Positions 9,327-17,731 of a stretch of DNA of 64,000 nt are shown here, piece after piece. A program made the translations under genes and the position numbers. Each line of letters starts with the position of its first letter. Position 1 is the stretch's first letter. The DNA lies in the IMG/VR virus record IMGVR_UViG_3300044541_000063, positions 1 through 64,000 of that record; one strand, 5' to 3'. The notes under the pieces are model-generated. The model searched no databases and was not told where the DNA came from. It worked only from the letters and a program-made list of their open reading frames with translations. This DNA is from a virus (Duplodnaviria > Caudoviricetes).

Positions 9327-10305
9327 GAGGTTCTTCAAGTTCTGCCGCGAGCGTCACAGCATCTTCCTCCGCCGCGAGGCCGGGCTGCCGCGCGAGCAGT
9401 GGACGAAGGACCCGATCCTCTCGCGGTACAAGTTCACCAACGTGTACCGCGAGCTGGACCGCACGACGGCGTGGTTTCGGCACTTCGTGCGCGGGCCGCT
9501 GCGCGACAAGCCCGAGGTGATGCTGGCCACCGTACTCTTCCGAATGTTCAACAGGATCGAGGTCGGCGAGGCCATCTTCCTTCAGCCGTGCCTGCCGGGC
9601 GGGCCGGGCGAGCCGTCCATGACTGCGTTCGAGGAGTACGCGGCCGGGGCCGGCGTCAAGGCGCTCAAGCACTCTATTCTAAAGTACGTCGGGAAGACGG
9701 GACCGTACGCTACCGGAGCGTACATCATCAGCTCGCCGCCCGGTTTCAAGAAGATAGACGGCATCTTGAAGGTCGTCGACGACTTCCACAAGCGCAAGTG
9801 CGAGAACGAGCACTGCGGATACGAGGACTGGCACTGCGTCGCCAAGCACCTGATCGCAGAGCCAGAGAGACACAGCATGGAGCGCGTCTGGAACTGGCTA
9901 CGCGAGTTCGACTACCTCGGGAATTTCCACTCGTACGAGATAGCCTGCGACCTGCGCTACACGAAACTCCTGGAGGACGCGCCCGACAAGCTCACGTGGT
10001 GCTCCCCCGGTCCCGGCGCGCGCCGGGGGATGAACCGGATAGATGGTGCCGACGTGGACCGACGAGTACCCGTGGACGATCTGGTCAAGTCCATCGAGGG
10101 TCTGCTCGTTGCGTCGAGCTCACCTGGTCACTGGCCGCAACCGCGCGGCAGCGACTGGGGCGACTACTATCGACACTGGCTGCGTCCAGTCGAGGAGCAG
10201 TGGCCGGCGTGGGAGATGCGCGAGGTAGAGCACTCGCTGTGCGAGTTCGACAAGTACGAGCGCGTGCGCCACGGCGAGGGACGGCCGCGAGGAGTCTATC
10301 GATGA
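9304..10305 (+). CDS. aGPT-PPlase clade 1 / 5-hmdU DNA kinase-like helical protein
   Basis: ERHSIFLRR..G..W T.DPIL..YKFTNVYRELDRTT, GNFHSYEIACDL, GPGARRG; next to a dUMP hydroxymethylase pathway. Confidence 0.85.
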   Translation: MINMAGTKRFFKFCRERHSIFLRREAGLPREQWTKDPILSRYKFTNVYRELDRTTAWFRHFVRGPLRDKPEVMLATVLFRMFNRIEVGEAIFLQPCLPGGPGEPSMTAFEEYAAGAGVKALKHSILKYVGKTGPYATGAYIISSPPGFKKIDGILKVVDDFHKRKCENEHCGYEDWHCVAKHLIAEPERHSMERVWNWLREFDYLGNFHSYEIACDLRYTKLLEDAPDKLTWCSPGPGARRGMNRIDGADVDRRVPVDDLVKSIEGLLVASSSPGHWPQPRGSDWGDYYRHWLRPVEEQWPAWEMREVEHSLCEFDKYERVRHGEGRPRGVYR

Positions 10306-10451
10306 TTCGCCCGATTAAGGCACTGTCGAGCGTTTTCAAGTGGATCGACTGCAAGCTCACCCATCGCAGATGGTGGACGCGCACGCCGGTCTACCACAGC
10401 TACGACTATCGGTGCGGCATGTGCGGCCGCAAGTGGACAGTGGAGGACTGA
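10302..10451 (+). CDS. Small Cys-containing protein
   Basis: ATGA overlap; CxLxH...CxxCG pattern. Confidence 0.45.
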   Translation: MIRPIKALSSVFKWIDCKLTHRRWWTRTPVYHSYDYRCGMCGRKWTVED

Positions 10452-10452
10452 C

Positions 10453-11298
10453 ATGAAAGAGACTCTCATATGCGTGCCGTCGTCTGGGCGCGAGTGCCGT
10501 CAGATCACGCTGCGGCATCTGCGCAAGTTCAAGCTTCTCAGCAGGACCGCAGTCTGCGTGCCGGCAGCGCAGGCACGGCGCTACGTCGTCGAGCTCGGCG
10601 AGGACCTCGTCGTCGCCGTACCAGACGACGTGATCGGCATCGCGGCCACGCGCGTCTGGATACTGACCAAGTACGCGCGCGAGGAGGGCGCCAAGCGAGT
10701 TCTCATGATCGACGACGACATGGACTTCTGCTATCGCCCAGACGTAAAGCAACAGAAACTCGAGATCGTCGAGACCCAGGACCGGATGCTGAACATGCTG
10801 GGCTGGCTCGACCGGTGGATGGACGACGGCTTCATTCACGTCGGCGTCTCGGCTCGGCAGGGGAACAACAACAAGTACATCGGCGACAACGGCGAGTACG
10901 GACTGCACGCCTATCGCGACGCCACGCGAATGATGAATATGTACCAGTACGACGTCGAGGCGCTGCGAAAGCTGCCGATCGAGTGGGGCCGGCTGCCCGT
11001 GATGGAGGACTTCGACCTGACGCTGCAGCTGCTGCGGATGGGCAAGCCGAATCGCGTGTTCTTCGAGTACTGCTGGAATCAGCGCGACTCTGGCGCCACG
11101 GGCGGGTGCAGCAAGTATCGCACCGCCGAGATGCAGGAGCAGGCGGCGCGCACGCTGGCTCAGCTGCATCCCGGCTTCGTCAAGCTCGTCGATAAGGAGA
11201 GCAAGAGCACGTCGACCAGCTGGAAGGACATGAAGAAGAGGGTCGACGTGATCGTGTCCTGGCGCAAGGCACTCGACAGCGCGAAGGTGGCGTCATGA
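10453..11298 (+). CDS. GT-A fold glycosyltransferase, TAGT/GREB1-like (DNA base glycosyltransferase candidate)
   Basis: ICVPSSGR, LMIDDD (DxD), EDFDLTLQLL..G, GGCS.YR, WRKAL. Confidence 0.85.
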   Translation: MKETLICVPSSGRECRQITLRHLRKFKLLSRTAVCVPAAQARRYVVELGEDLVVAVPDDVIGIAATRVWILTKYAREEGAKRVLMIDDDMDFCYRPDVKQQKLEIVETQDRMLNMLGWLDRWMDDGFIHVGVSARQGNNNKYIGDNGEYGLHAYRDATRMMNMYQYDVEALRKLPIEWGRLPVMEDFDLTLQLLRMGKPNRVFFEYCWNQRDSGATGGCSKYRTAEMQEQAARTLAQLHPGFVKLVDKESKSTSTSWKDMKKRVDVIVSWRKALDSAKVAS

Positions 11299-12305
11299 GC
11301 GTCGCACTGTTCTTCATGTATCGCAGCTTCGGCGGCGGGACCACCAGCTACACGGTGCATCTGTTCGAGGGGATGCGCCGCGCCGGCCTGAACCCCAAGA
11401 TATACCGGGTCAAGGAGCGCGGTGAGGAGGTGGAGCGGCCGTTCTCCAAGTACGACGGCGTGACGTACCGCAACGTGGACCCGGCAGAGGCCCTGAAGAT
11501 CGTCCGGCGCACGCCGTCGCTGATGACCGCGCCGTGCAACTCGAAGTTTTTGCCGTTCGACCCTGACATCATCGGCAAGATGATGAGGGCCGGCATGCGC
11601 GTGACCGTGCACGACCCGAACGAGTTCGAGATCTACGACCACCTGGAGTGGGACAAGAAGTCCTTCGTGCCGTTCTGCATCAGGCCGTCGATGAAGCAGT
11701 TCTTCCCGAAGGCCATCTTCGTGCCTCACCCGTATGTGCGCGAGTACCAGACCGAGGAGTATGCCTACAACGAGCGGCCGCACTTGGCAGTCAGCGTGGC
11801 GCGGGTCACGTTCGTGAAGCGCACGCACCTGATCCTCGAGGCGAACGCGAAACTACCCGAGAAGTCTCGGGTCGTGCTTCGCGGCGCAGAGAATCGCCTG
11901 TACACGAGGTTCAAGGTTCAGAAGCTGTTTCCCAAGTTCAAGCAGGGACGCAGCGGCTTTCCGATGGTCTGGGGTGCCAGCGCGCGCGAGTGCGCGAAGG
12001 GTCACTACGCCGTCGACTTCACGTGGTTTCCGGACGACGGTGGCGGGTCGCAGTACTCTTCGCTCGAGGCGTGGGACGCCGGCGCCGTCAACGTCATTCA
12101 CGAGGACTGGCTGCGGTACAAGGGCGAGATGGTCGCCGGCAAGAACTGCCTCGCGGTGAACGGTGCCGATGGTCTAGCGAAACTTCTGAGTCGCCCAGAC
12201 ACGGCGTCGACTCGCCACGAGATAGTCGACGCCGGCTACGCGGCCCTGAAGGCGCACGACCCGGTGAGAGTGGCGAGGGCGTATCACAGGGAGTTGACCA
12301 AGTGA
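11295..12305 (+). CDS. GT-B fold glycosyltransferase
   Basis: N-terminal GGGTTSYT.HL, SVARV..VKR, GGGSQYSSLEAWDAG, GKNCLAV. Confidence 0.75.
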   Translation: MSVALFFMYRSFGGGTTSYTVHLFEGMRRAGLNPKIYRVKERGEEVERPFSKYDGVTYRNVDPAEALKIVRRTPSLMTAPCNSKFLPFDPDIIGKMMRAGMRVTVHDPNEFEIYDHLEWDKKSFVPFCIRPSMKQFFPKAIFVPHPYVREYQTEEYAYNERPHLAVSVARVTFVKRTHLILEANAKLPEKSRVVLRGAENRLYTRFKVQKLFPKFKQGRSGFPMVWGASARECAKGHYAVDFTWFPDDGGGSQYSSLEAWDAGAVNVIHEDWLRYKGEMVAGKNCLAVNGADGLAKLLSRPDTASTRHEIVDAGYAALKAHDPVRVARAYHRELTK

Positions 12306-12475
12306 GCAGGGAGCGCGTCATCACGTTTCGCGGCGAGGATCACACTCTGTGCATCACCGACGCGGAGGGAAACTGGGTCGTCTACCGTGGCGGAGACAGA
12401 CACGAGGTCTCGGACCTCACCGAAGAAGAAATCGACTGGATCAACAACTACGTCCACGACTGGAGAACAGACTAA
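12302..12475 (+). CDS. Small acidic hypothetical protein
   Basis: GTGA overlap upstream, TAATG overlap downstream. Confidence 0.5.
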   Translation: MSRERVITFRGEDHTLCITDAEGNWVVYRGGDRHEVSDLTEEEIDWINNYVHDWRTD

Positions 12476-13509
12476 TGAAGAAGGGAACACTCGAACCGGT
12501 CGTTGGCCGCAAGCACAAGACGAAGGGCAACTATCGCGTCCAGGAGCAGCCGTACGCGGTGCAGATCGAGCTCGTCGAGGGCTGCAATCTGCGATGCACG
12601 TTCTGCGGCCTGAGCGGCATACGCGGCAAGGACAACGACTACAAGTACATGGACGTCGCCACGCTGTCGGTGCTGTGCGACGAGATGATTCGCGCCGGCT
12701 GGAATCCTCGCATCGAGTTCGCCATGCACGGCGAGCCGTCGATGCATCCAGATCCGGCGAAGATGGTCGGCGTGGTTCGCGCGGCGTCCCCCGGCTGGTC
12801 CATCATGATGACCAGTAACGGGGGAGGGCTGCTGCGGAAGCCCGGACCCGCTCATCACGTCAACGCGCTGTTCGCGGCCGGCCTCAACGTGCTGGCTCTC
12901 GACGACTACGAGGGCGCGAACATCGTCGGAAAGATTAGGACGGCGCTGGAGCAAGACAGGGCGGGCGGCGAGCCGTTCTGTAACGTCTACGAGTATCCGC
13001 GCGATCCGAGTGGCAATCCTCACACGCGCCGGCGTCCAGGTGTTCACGATCTGGTGTTCATCCAGGACATCGGCAAGGCCAAGCAGGGCACGCACAGTCA
13101 CCTGAACAATCACGCCGGCAGCGGTGCGCCGCCGCTCGAGGAGCCTCTCGTGGCGCGGTGCGCCAAACCGTTCCGCGAGCTCTCGGTGCGCTACGACGGC
13201 AAGGTGGCAGTGTGCTGCAACGACTGGCGCGGCCTGTACTACTGCGGAAGCGTGGTGGACGACGGCCTCGAGGCGGTGTGGAACGGACCGGCCATGGGCG
13301 CGGCGCGGCAGATGCTGTATCACAGCAACAGAAACTTCGGGCCGTGCACCGGCTGCGACGCCAGGAGCGATCGCGTCGGGCTGCTGCCGGACAAGCACGG
13401 GCGAGAGAAGCTGCCGCACCCGAACGCGCGCACTGCGGTGGACGTCGCGGCGGCGCTGACGAGCCGTCCTCCGCTGGCGACGCCGGTTCTGAGACCGTGG
13501 GAGACGTAG
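12475..13509 (+). CDS. Radical SAM protein with SPASM/twitch domain
   Basis: CNLRCTFC; GEPSMHP; C-terminal CAKPF..DGKVAVCCNDW..CTGC. Confidence 0.93.
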   Translation: MKKGTLEPVVGRKHKTKGNYRVQEQPYAVQIELVEGCNLRCTFCGLSGIRGKDNDYKYMDVATLSVLCDEMIRAGWNPRIEFAMHGEPSMHPDPAKMVGVVRAASPGWSIMMTSNGGGLLRKPGPAHHVNALFAAGLNVLALDDYEGANIVGKIRTALEQDRAGGEPFCNVYEYPRDPSGNPHTRRRPGVHDLVFIQDIGKAKQGTHSHLNNHAGSGAPPLEEPLVARCAKPFRELSVRYDGKVAVCCNDWRGLYYCGSVVDDGLEAVWNGPAMGAARQMLYHSNRNFGPCTGCDARSDRVGLLPDKHGREKLPHPNARTAVDVAAALTSRPPLATPVLRPWET

Positions 13510-13512
13510 TGC

Positions 13513-13541
13513 TTTACTTCGCCGCGACGTTGAGCGAGAAT
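13513..13541 (+). promoter_or_regulatory. Putative promoter
   Basis: TTTACT-TCGCC..(N17)-GAGAAT in an intergenic gap. Confidence 0.6.
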
Positions 13542-13669
13542 GCGCACTAACCGGCACTGCGTACCGTCTGTCGGCTAGGACGGGATACGTTGTGGCCGGG
13601 CGAGGCCGGGCACCGAGCCGGGTGGCCGGCCTCGCGCTTATATGGTCGTCGGAGAACCGCGAGGACATC

Positions 13670-14284
13670 GTGAGAGCAGTACTCCTGGCAATGAACAATC
13701 CGTTGTCGCCGGACCCGCGACACGCTCTGTACCCGTATCCTCCGGGCTGCACCGGGTACAGACTCCTGAAGCTGCTGCAGCGGCGGCGCCCAGACGTCAC
13801 GAGGTCGCTCTATCTGCGGGCGTTCGAGCGCATGAATATCCTAAGCACAAGAAACTGGGACAAGAAAGAGGCTAAGCGTGCCGGCGTCACGATGCGCGAC
13901 CTGCTGGTGCACCAGTATCGCGGTCGCACCGTGCTGGTGCTGGGCAACGAGCCGCGCAACGCGCTGAGGCTGCCGCCGCTGCTGGTGTATCCGCAGGAGA
14001 TCGACGGCGTCACGTGGCGCCAGCTGCCTCACCCGTCGGGGCGGTGCCACTGGTACAACGACCCGATGAATGCCGAACTGGCGGCTCTGCTGCTCGAGTC
14101 ACTCTATCAACAGGGAGCTGAGACACATGATACTGTCAGCGCAGACGATACGAAAGGCAGCGCGCCTGGGACTGGTGCTGCCGTTCAGGGAGCGGTTCAA
14201 GGACAAGCTGGGAAACAGCGGCGGTCTGGGACCGTGCGGGTACGACGTGACGCTGGACAAGGAGCTCAGGATCAAGCCCGGTGA
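13670..14284 (+). CDS. Uracil-DNA-glycosylase-superfamily-like protein
   Basis: GAGGA RBS before GTG; LAMNNP, TVLVLG and LPHPSGR..WYNDP resemble UDG-fold motifs. The 3' end overlaps dcd. Confidence 0.55.
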   Translation: MRAVLLAMNNPLSPDPRHALYPYPPGCTGYRLLKLLQRRRPDVTRSLYLRAFERMNILSTRNWDKKEAKRAGVTMRDLLVHQYRGRTVLVLGNEPRNALRLPPLLVYPQEIDGVTWRQLPHPSGRCHWYNDPMNAELAALLLESLYQQGAETHDTVSADDTKGSAPGTGAAVQGAVQGQAGKQRRSGTVRVRRDAGQGAQDQAR

Positions 14285-14642
14285 CTTCGTGCTGGCGGCG
14301 ACCAACGAACATTTTGTAGTTCCGGTGGACGTGATGTTCGTGGTGCACGACAAGAGCACCTGGATCCGTCAGGGCGTTGCCGTGCACAACACCGTCGCCG
14401 AGCCGGGCTGGCGCGGCTTCCTTACGCTGGAGATTTCGCACCACGGCACGAAGGAGATCGTCATACCGGCCGGCTGCTCGATCGCTCAGGTAGTGTTTCA
14501 CCTGCTCGACAGCAACACCGAGGAGCCGTACGACGGAAAGTACCAGGACCAGCCGGCCGGGCCGCAGCCGGCCAAGTTCTACGGCGACGACGAAGACGAG
14601 AAGGGCGGCGACAACGACGAGAAGATAGAGGGCACCGCGTGA
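14127..14642 (+). CDS. dcd: dCTP deaminase
   Basis: MILSAQTI, GYDVTL, HDKSTWIRQG, AEPGWRGFLTLE, IAQVVF, YDGKYQDQ. Confidence 0.92.
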   Translation: MILSAQTIRKAARLGLVLPFRERFKDKLGNSGGLGPCGYDVTLDKELRIKPGDFVLAATNEHFVVPVDVMFVVHDKSTWIRQGVAVHNTVAEPGWRGFLTLEISHHGTKEIVIPAGCSIAQVVFHLLDSNTEEPYDGKYQDQPAGPQPAKFYGDDEDEKGGDNDEKIEGTA

Positions 14643-14917
14643 GCACCGGCAACTCGCCGCTGCGAGTCCTCAAGATGCAGGCCGACGGCATGGCCAAGCT
14701 GCTCAAGGCGATAAGCCGCGGCGAGAGAGTGATGGACGATCGAGGCGGCAAGATCGCCGCCTCGCGTGCGAGCGGCATGTTCAGGTTCGGCATCGCGATG
14801 GACGACAAGCTCGTCATGGTGGAGATCACCTGGAAGACGATCGAGGCGACCTCCGAGGTAGCACTGGCAGAGTACATACTGAAGCAGACCAAGAACGCAA
14901 GAGACACTCACCACTAG
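14639..14917 (+). CDS. Hypothetical protein
   Basis: GTGA overlap; 92 aa. Confidence 0.55.
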   Translation: MSTGNSPLRVLKMQADGMAKLLKAISRGERVMDDRGGKIAASRASGMFRFGIAMDDKLVMVEITWKTIEATSEVALAEYILKQTKNARDTHH

Positions 14918-14929
14918 AAGGAGGCCACT

Positions 14930-16183
14930 ATGCTGAAGGGAATGACGGTGCGAAACGCGTGCGAGGCCCTGCCGCAGGGACTCAGGCTGCTGCTGGAGTT
15001 CGGTCGCAAGGAGCGCAGCCGGGCCGGCGACGTCCTGGTTCTCCCCGGCCCGCTGGTCACTGAGACCACGCACCCGACGGAGCGCGTGCTGTTCAGCGCG
15101 GTGCGCGACGCGAACCCGTTTTTCCACCTGTGCGAGGCGATGTGGATGCTGGCAGGGCAGCAGGACGCGCGACCGCTCGACGCGTTCGTCGGCGACTTCT
15201 CGAAACGGTTCGCCGAGCCTGACGGCAACATGCACGGAGCATACGGCTTCAGGTGGCGTCACCATTTCATGTTCGATCAGCTGCACAAGATCGTGGAGAT
15301 GCTGGTCGCAGAGCCCACGACGCGGCAGGCGGTGCTCGCCATGTGGGACCCGCACGAGCTGACGGCTCCGGTGGACTTTGGTAACGGCAACGTGGGGGAG
15401 GAGTTGATCGGTGGAGCAGACCTGACAGGAGTCTGGAAGGACCGACCGTGCAACACTCACGTGTATTTTCGCGTGCGGTACGAGAAGGGACCGCAGCACT
15501 ACAACTCGTCGACCGCGGACCCGGAGTGGACGAGGCACCTCGACATGACGGTGTGCTGCCGCAGCAACGACTTGATCTGGGGTGCGCACGGTGCCAACGC
15601 GGTGCACTTCAGCGTGCTCCAGGAGTACGTCGCGGCGCGTACTGGCTGCGAGGTCGGAGTGATGTATCAGTTGTCGAACAACTATCACGCGTACACGGCG
15701 TTCCTGGACGTGCTGAAGCAGAGGGCGGCGGCAACCGGCAAGTATTTCTCTCTGAACGTGATGCTCATGGACAATCGGTACGAGGAGAGGGACAGTATCC
15801 GCTCGCTGCCGAAGGTGTCGTCCGAGCCGATGTTCAATCGTCCGGACTACATCGACGAGGACGTGAAGATGTTCTGGCGGTGGTTCATCGAGTACAATCA
15901 GGAGACCGAGTCGCCGCACTACAAGAACGACTGGTTCGCCACCACTCTCGAGATGATGATGATGGCGCACTACTTTCACAAGAAGGGCGCGAGGGCCGAG
16001 GCCATGCACTGCGCCCGAGAGGTCGACGCGCAGGACTGGAGCGTGGCCGCCGTCGAGTGGCTCCAGAGGCGCAACAAGGAGAAGGCAAGTGAGAAGAGAC
16101 CAGATGATGCAGTCCAGAGCGCTGGCGCTGCGAGTGAAGAGGTACCACACGTGGCCGATGCTGCATCCACAGACGGTGGGTGA
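14930..16183 (+). CDS. Thymidylate-synthase-family protein, probable dUMP hydroxymethylase
   Basis: ANPFFHL.EA.WMLAG, GAYG.RW, TRQAVL.MWDP, DRPCN, RSND..WGAHGAN..HFS, NNYHAY. Asn at the base-specificity position indicates dUMP. Confidence 0.9.
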   Translation: MLKGMTVRNACEALPQGLRLLLEFGRKERSRAGDVLVLPGPLVTETTHPTERVLFSAVRDANPFFHLCEAMWMLAGQQDARPLDAFVGDFSKRFAEPDGNMHGAYGFRWRHHFMFDQLHKIVEMLVAEPTTRQAVLAMWDPHELTAPVDFGNGNVGEELIGGADLTGVWKDRPCNTHVYFRVRYEKGPQHYNSSTADPEWTRHLDMTVCCRSNDLIWGAHGANAVHFSVLQEYVAARTGCEVGVMYQLSNNYHAYTAFLDVLKQRAAATGKYFSLNVMLMDNRYEERDSIRSLPKVSSEPMFNRPDYIDEDVKMFWRWFIEYNQETESPHYKNDWFATTLEMMMMAHYFHKKGARAEAMHCAREVDAQDWSVAAVEWLQRRNKEKASEKRPDDAVQSAGAASEEVPHVADAASTDGG

Positions 16184-16586
16184 GCACAGCGCGCGCGTCG
16201 CTACGCTGTACGTGGAGATCTTCGGCTTGCCGCGCGCCGAGGTTCTCTACTACATTCTGCACCACGACAGCGGCGAGCTGACGGCCGGCGACACACCGTT
16301 TCCGGCGAAGCAGCTGTCTCCTGGTTTCAAGAAGGAGTACGAGAAGGTCGAAGCGCTTGGCTACGAGCGACTCGGCGTGGTGCTTCCGGACCTGGCCGAC
16401 TGGGAGTTTCGGCGAGTCAAGGTCGCCGACCTCATGGAGATGTGGGAGACCGGCTGGCACGAGATGCGACTGGGAAACGGTTACGCGCGGCCCATCGTAG
16501 ACGACACCGCAGAGGCGGCCTTCAACGTAGTCTCTGCGGAAGACGCACCAAAGTTGAACGAGTGGTTTCAGATAAATGGAGTATAG
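16104..16586 (+). CDS. HD-domain 5'-deoxynucleotide phosphohydrolase (YfbR-like)
   Basis: VKRYHT..QTVGEHS..LHHD..E..GDTPFP..VK.AD..E. Confidence 0.85.
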   Translation: MMQSRALALRVKRYHTWPMLHPQTVGEHSARVATLYVEIFGLPRAEVLYYILHHDSGELTAGDTPFPAKQLSPGFKKEYEKVEALGYERLGVVLPDLADWEFRRVKVADLMEMWETGWHEMRLGNGYARPIVDDTAEAAFNVVSAEDAPKLNEWFQINGV

Positions 16587-17727
16587 TGTCATGAGGCCGC
16601 ACGACATGAAGCACTTGGAGCAGCTGTATCCAGTCGCTATCGGCGACGTGATGCACCTGAAGATGAAGGAGGCCACGTACCAGGGCAGCTGGAAGCGCAG
16701 CGGCGGGCGCAGCGCGTGGTTCATGCTTCGCCGCAAGATCGACAGGCTGCTGGAGATGATGAAGAGACCCGAAGCTCCAGACGGGTTCAATCCAGACGAT
16801 CACCGCGACTCAAAGGTCAACTTGAACAGCAGCGAGGTGAACTTCCTTCTTGACTCGTACGCGGCTGAGAACGTCTTCGCCATGATCCGAAAGGACCCGA
16901 CTGGCAAGGACGGCAGCGTGCTCGCCGAGGTGCGAGACCTCAGGCGATACTTGCTGCTCGTCGAGGCCGAGATGGTCTCGCGCGGCGTCGTCGACGAGCC
17001 TGACACGCGACAGGGCCACGACCTCTACTCGCGCGTGGCGCACGCCACGGGTGTGCACCGCAACACCGTGAAAGAGATTCTGCTGTGCGCGGCGTACAGC
17101 GGGCAGGACACGTTCAACGCAACTACGGGCAACCCACCGCAGCCAGACTCCGGAGACATCGGCGACGCGATGAGCGATCGTTGCGTACCTCGCTTCGCTT
17201 CTCGCTTCGATCCGATGCCAGACCCGACGCCGCCGACCGCCGCGCAGCGCTTCACTTCGTCTCCGACGCAGGTCGGCAGCGACACGCATCCGTTCGGCGA
17301 GAACGCGCCGTGGCTGGTCGGCAAGAGCTGCCTGAGCACCGCGGCTGAGACCGACTCGGAGAGAGCAGCACTCGACGGCCTGTACGCCGACCACGGCGCC
17401 GGCTGGATGAAGCTGGTCGAGCACCTGACGGAGTCGGAGCGATACACGCTGACGATGGTCGTCATGCAGAACACGTCGGTGGCGTCGACGCTCGTCGCCG
17501 AGGCACTGAAGTGCTACGTGCCGGTGACCGGCGCCAAGATGCACGTGATCGACCTCACGCGCGCGCCGAGGGACTACCGCAGCGCTTGGCCGACTCTGCA
17601 CATGGAGTACAACGGCAAGGAGCGCAGCCTCTCGCCGTCGTGGACGCACGACCTGTACGCGTGGGACGAGGCGCAGACCAAGTGGCGAATCAAGCCGGGC
17701 TTCGAGTACTTCACCAACAAGGAGTAG
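16576..17727 (+). CDS. MazG/Nmad1-like all-alpha nucleotide pyrophosphatase with unknown C-terminal extension
   Basis: K..TYQGSWKR.G..L.RKIDRL ... EVRDLRRYLLL. Confidence 0.65.
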   Translation: MEYSVMRPHDMKHLEQLYPVAIGDVMHLKMKEATYQGSWKRSGGRSAWFMLRRKIDRLLEMMKRPEAPDGFNPDDHRDSKVNLNSSEVNFLLDSYAAENVFAMIRKDPTGKDGSVLAEVRDLRRYLLLVEAEMVSRGVVDEPDTRQGHDLYSRVAHATGVHRNTVKEILLCAAYSGQDTFNATTGNPPQPDSGDIGDAMSDRCVPRFASRFDPMPDPTPPTAAQRFTSSPTQVGSDTHPFGENAPWLVGKSCLSTAAETDSERAALDGLYADHGAGWMKLVEHLTESERYTLTMVVMQNTSVASTLVAEALKCYVPVTGAKMHVIDLTRAPRDYRSAWPTLHMEYNGKERSLSPSWTHDLYAWDEAQTKWRIKPGFEYFTNKE

Positions 17728-17731
17728 CGCG

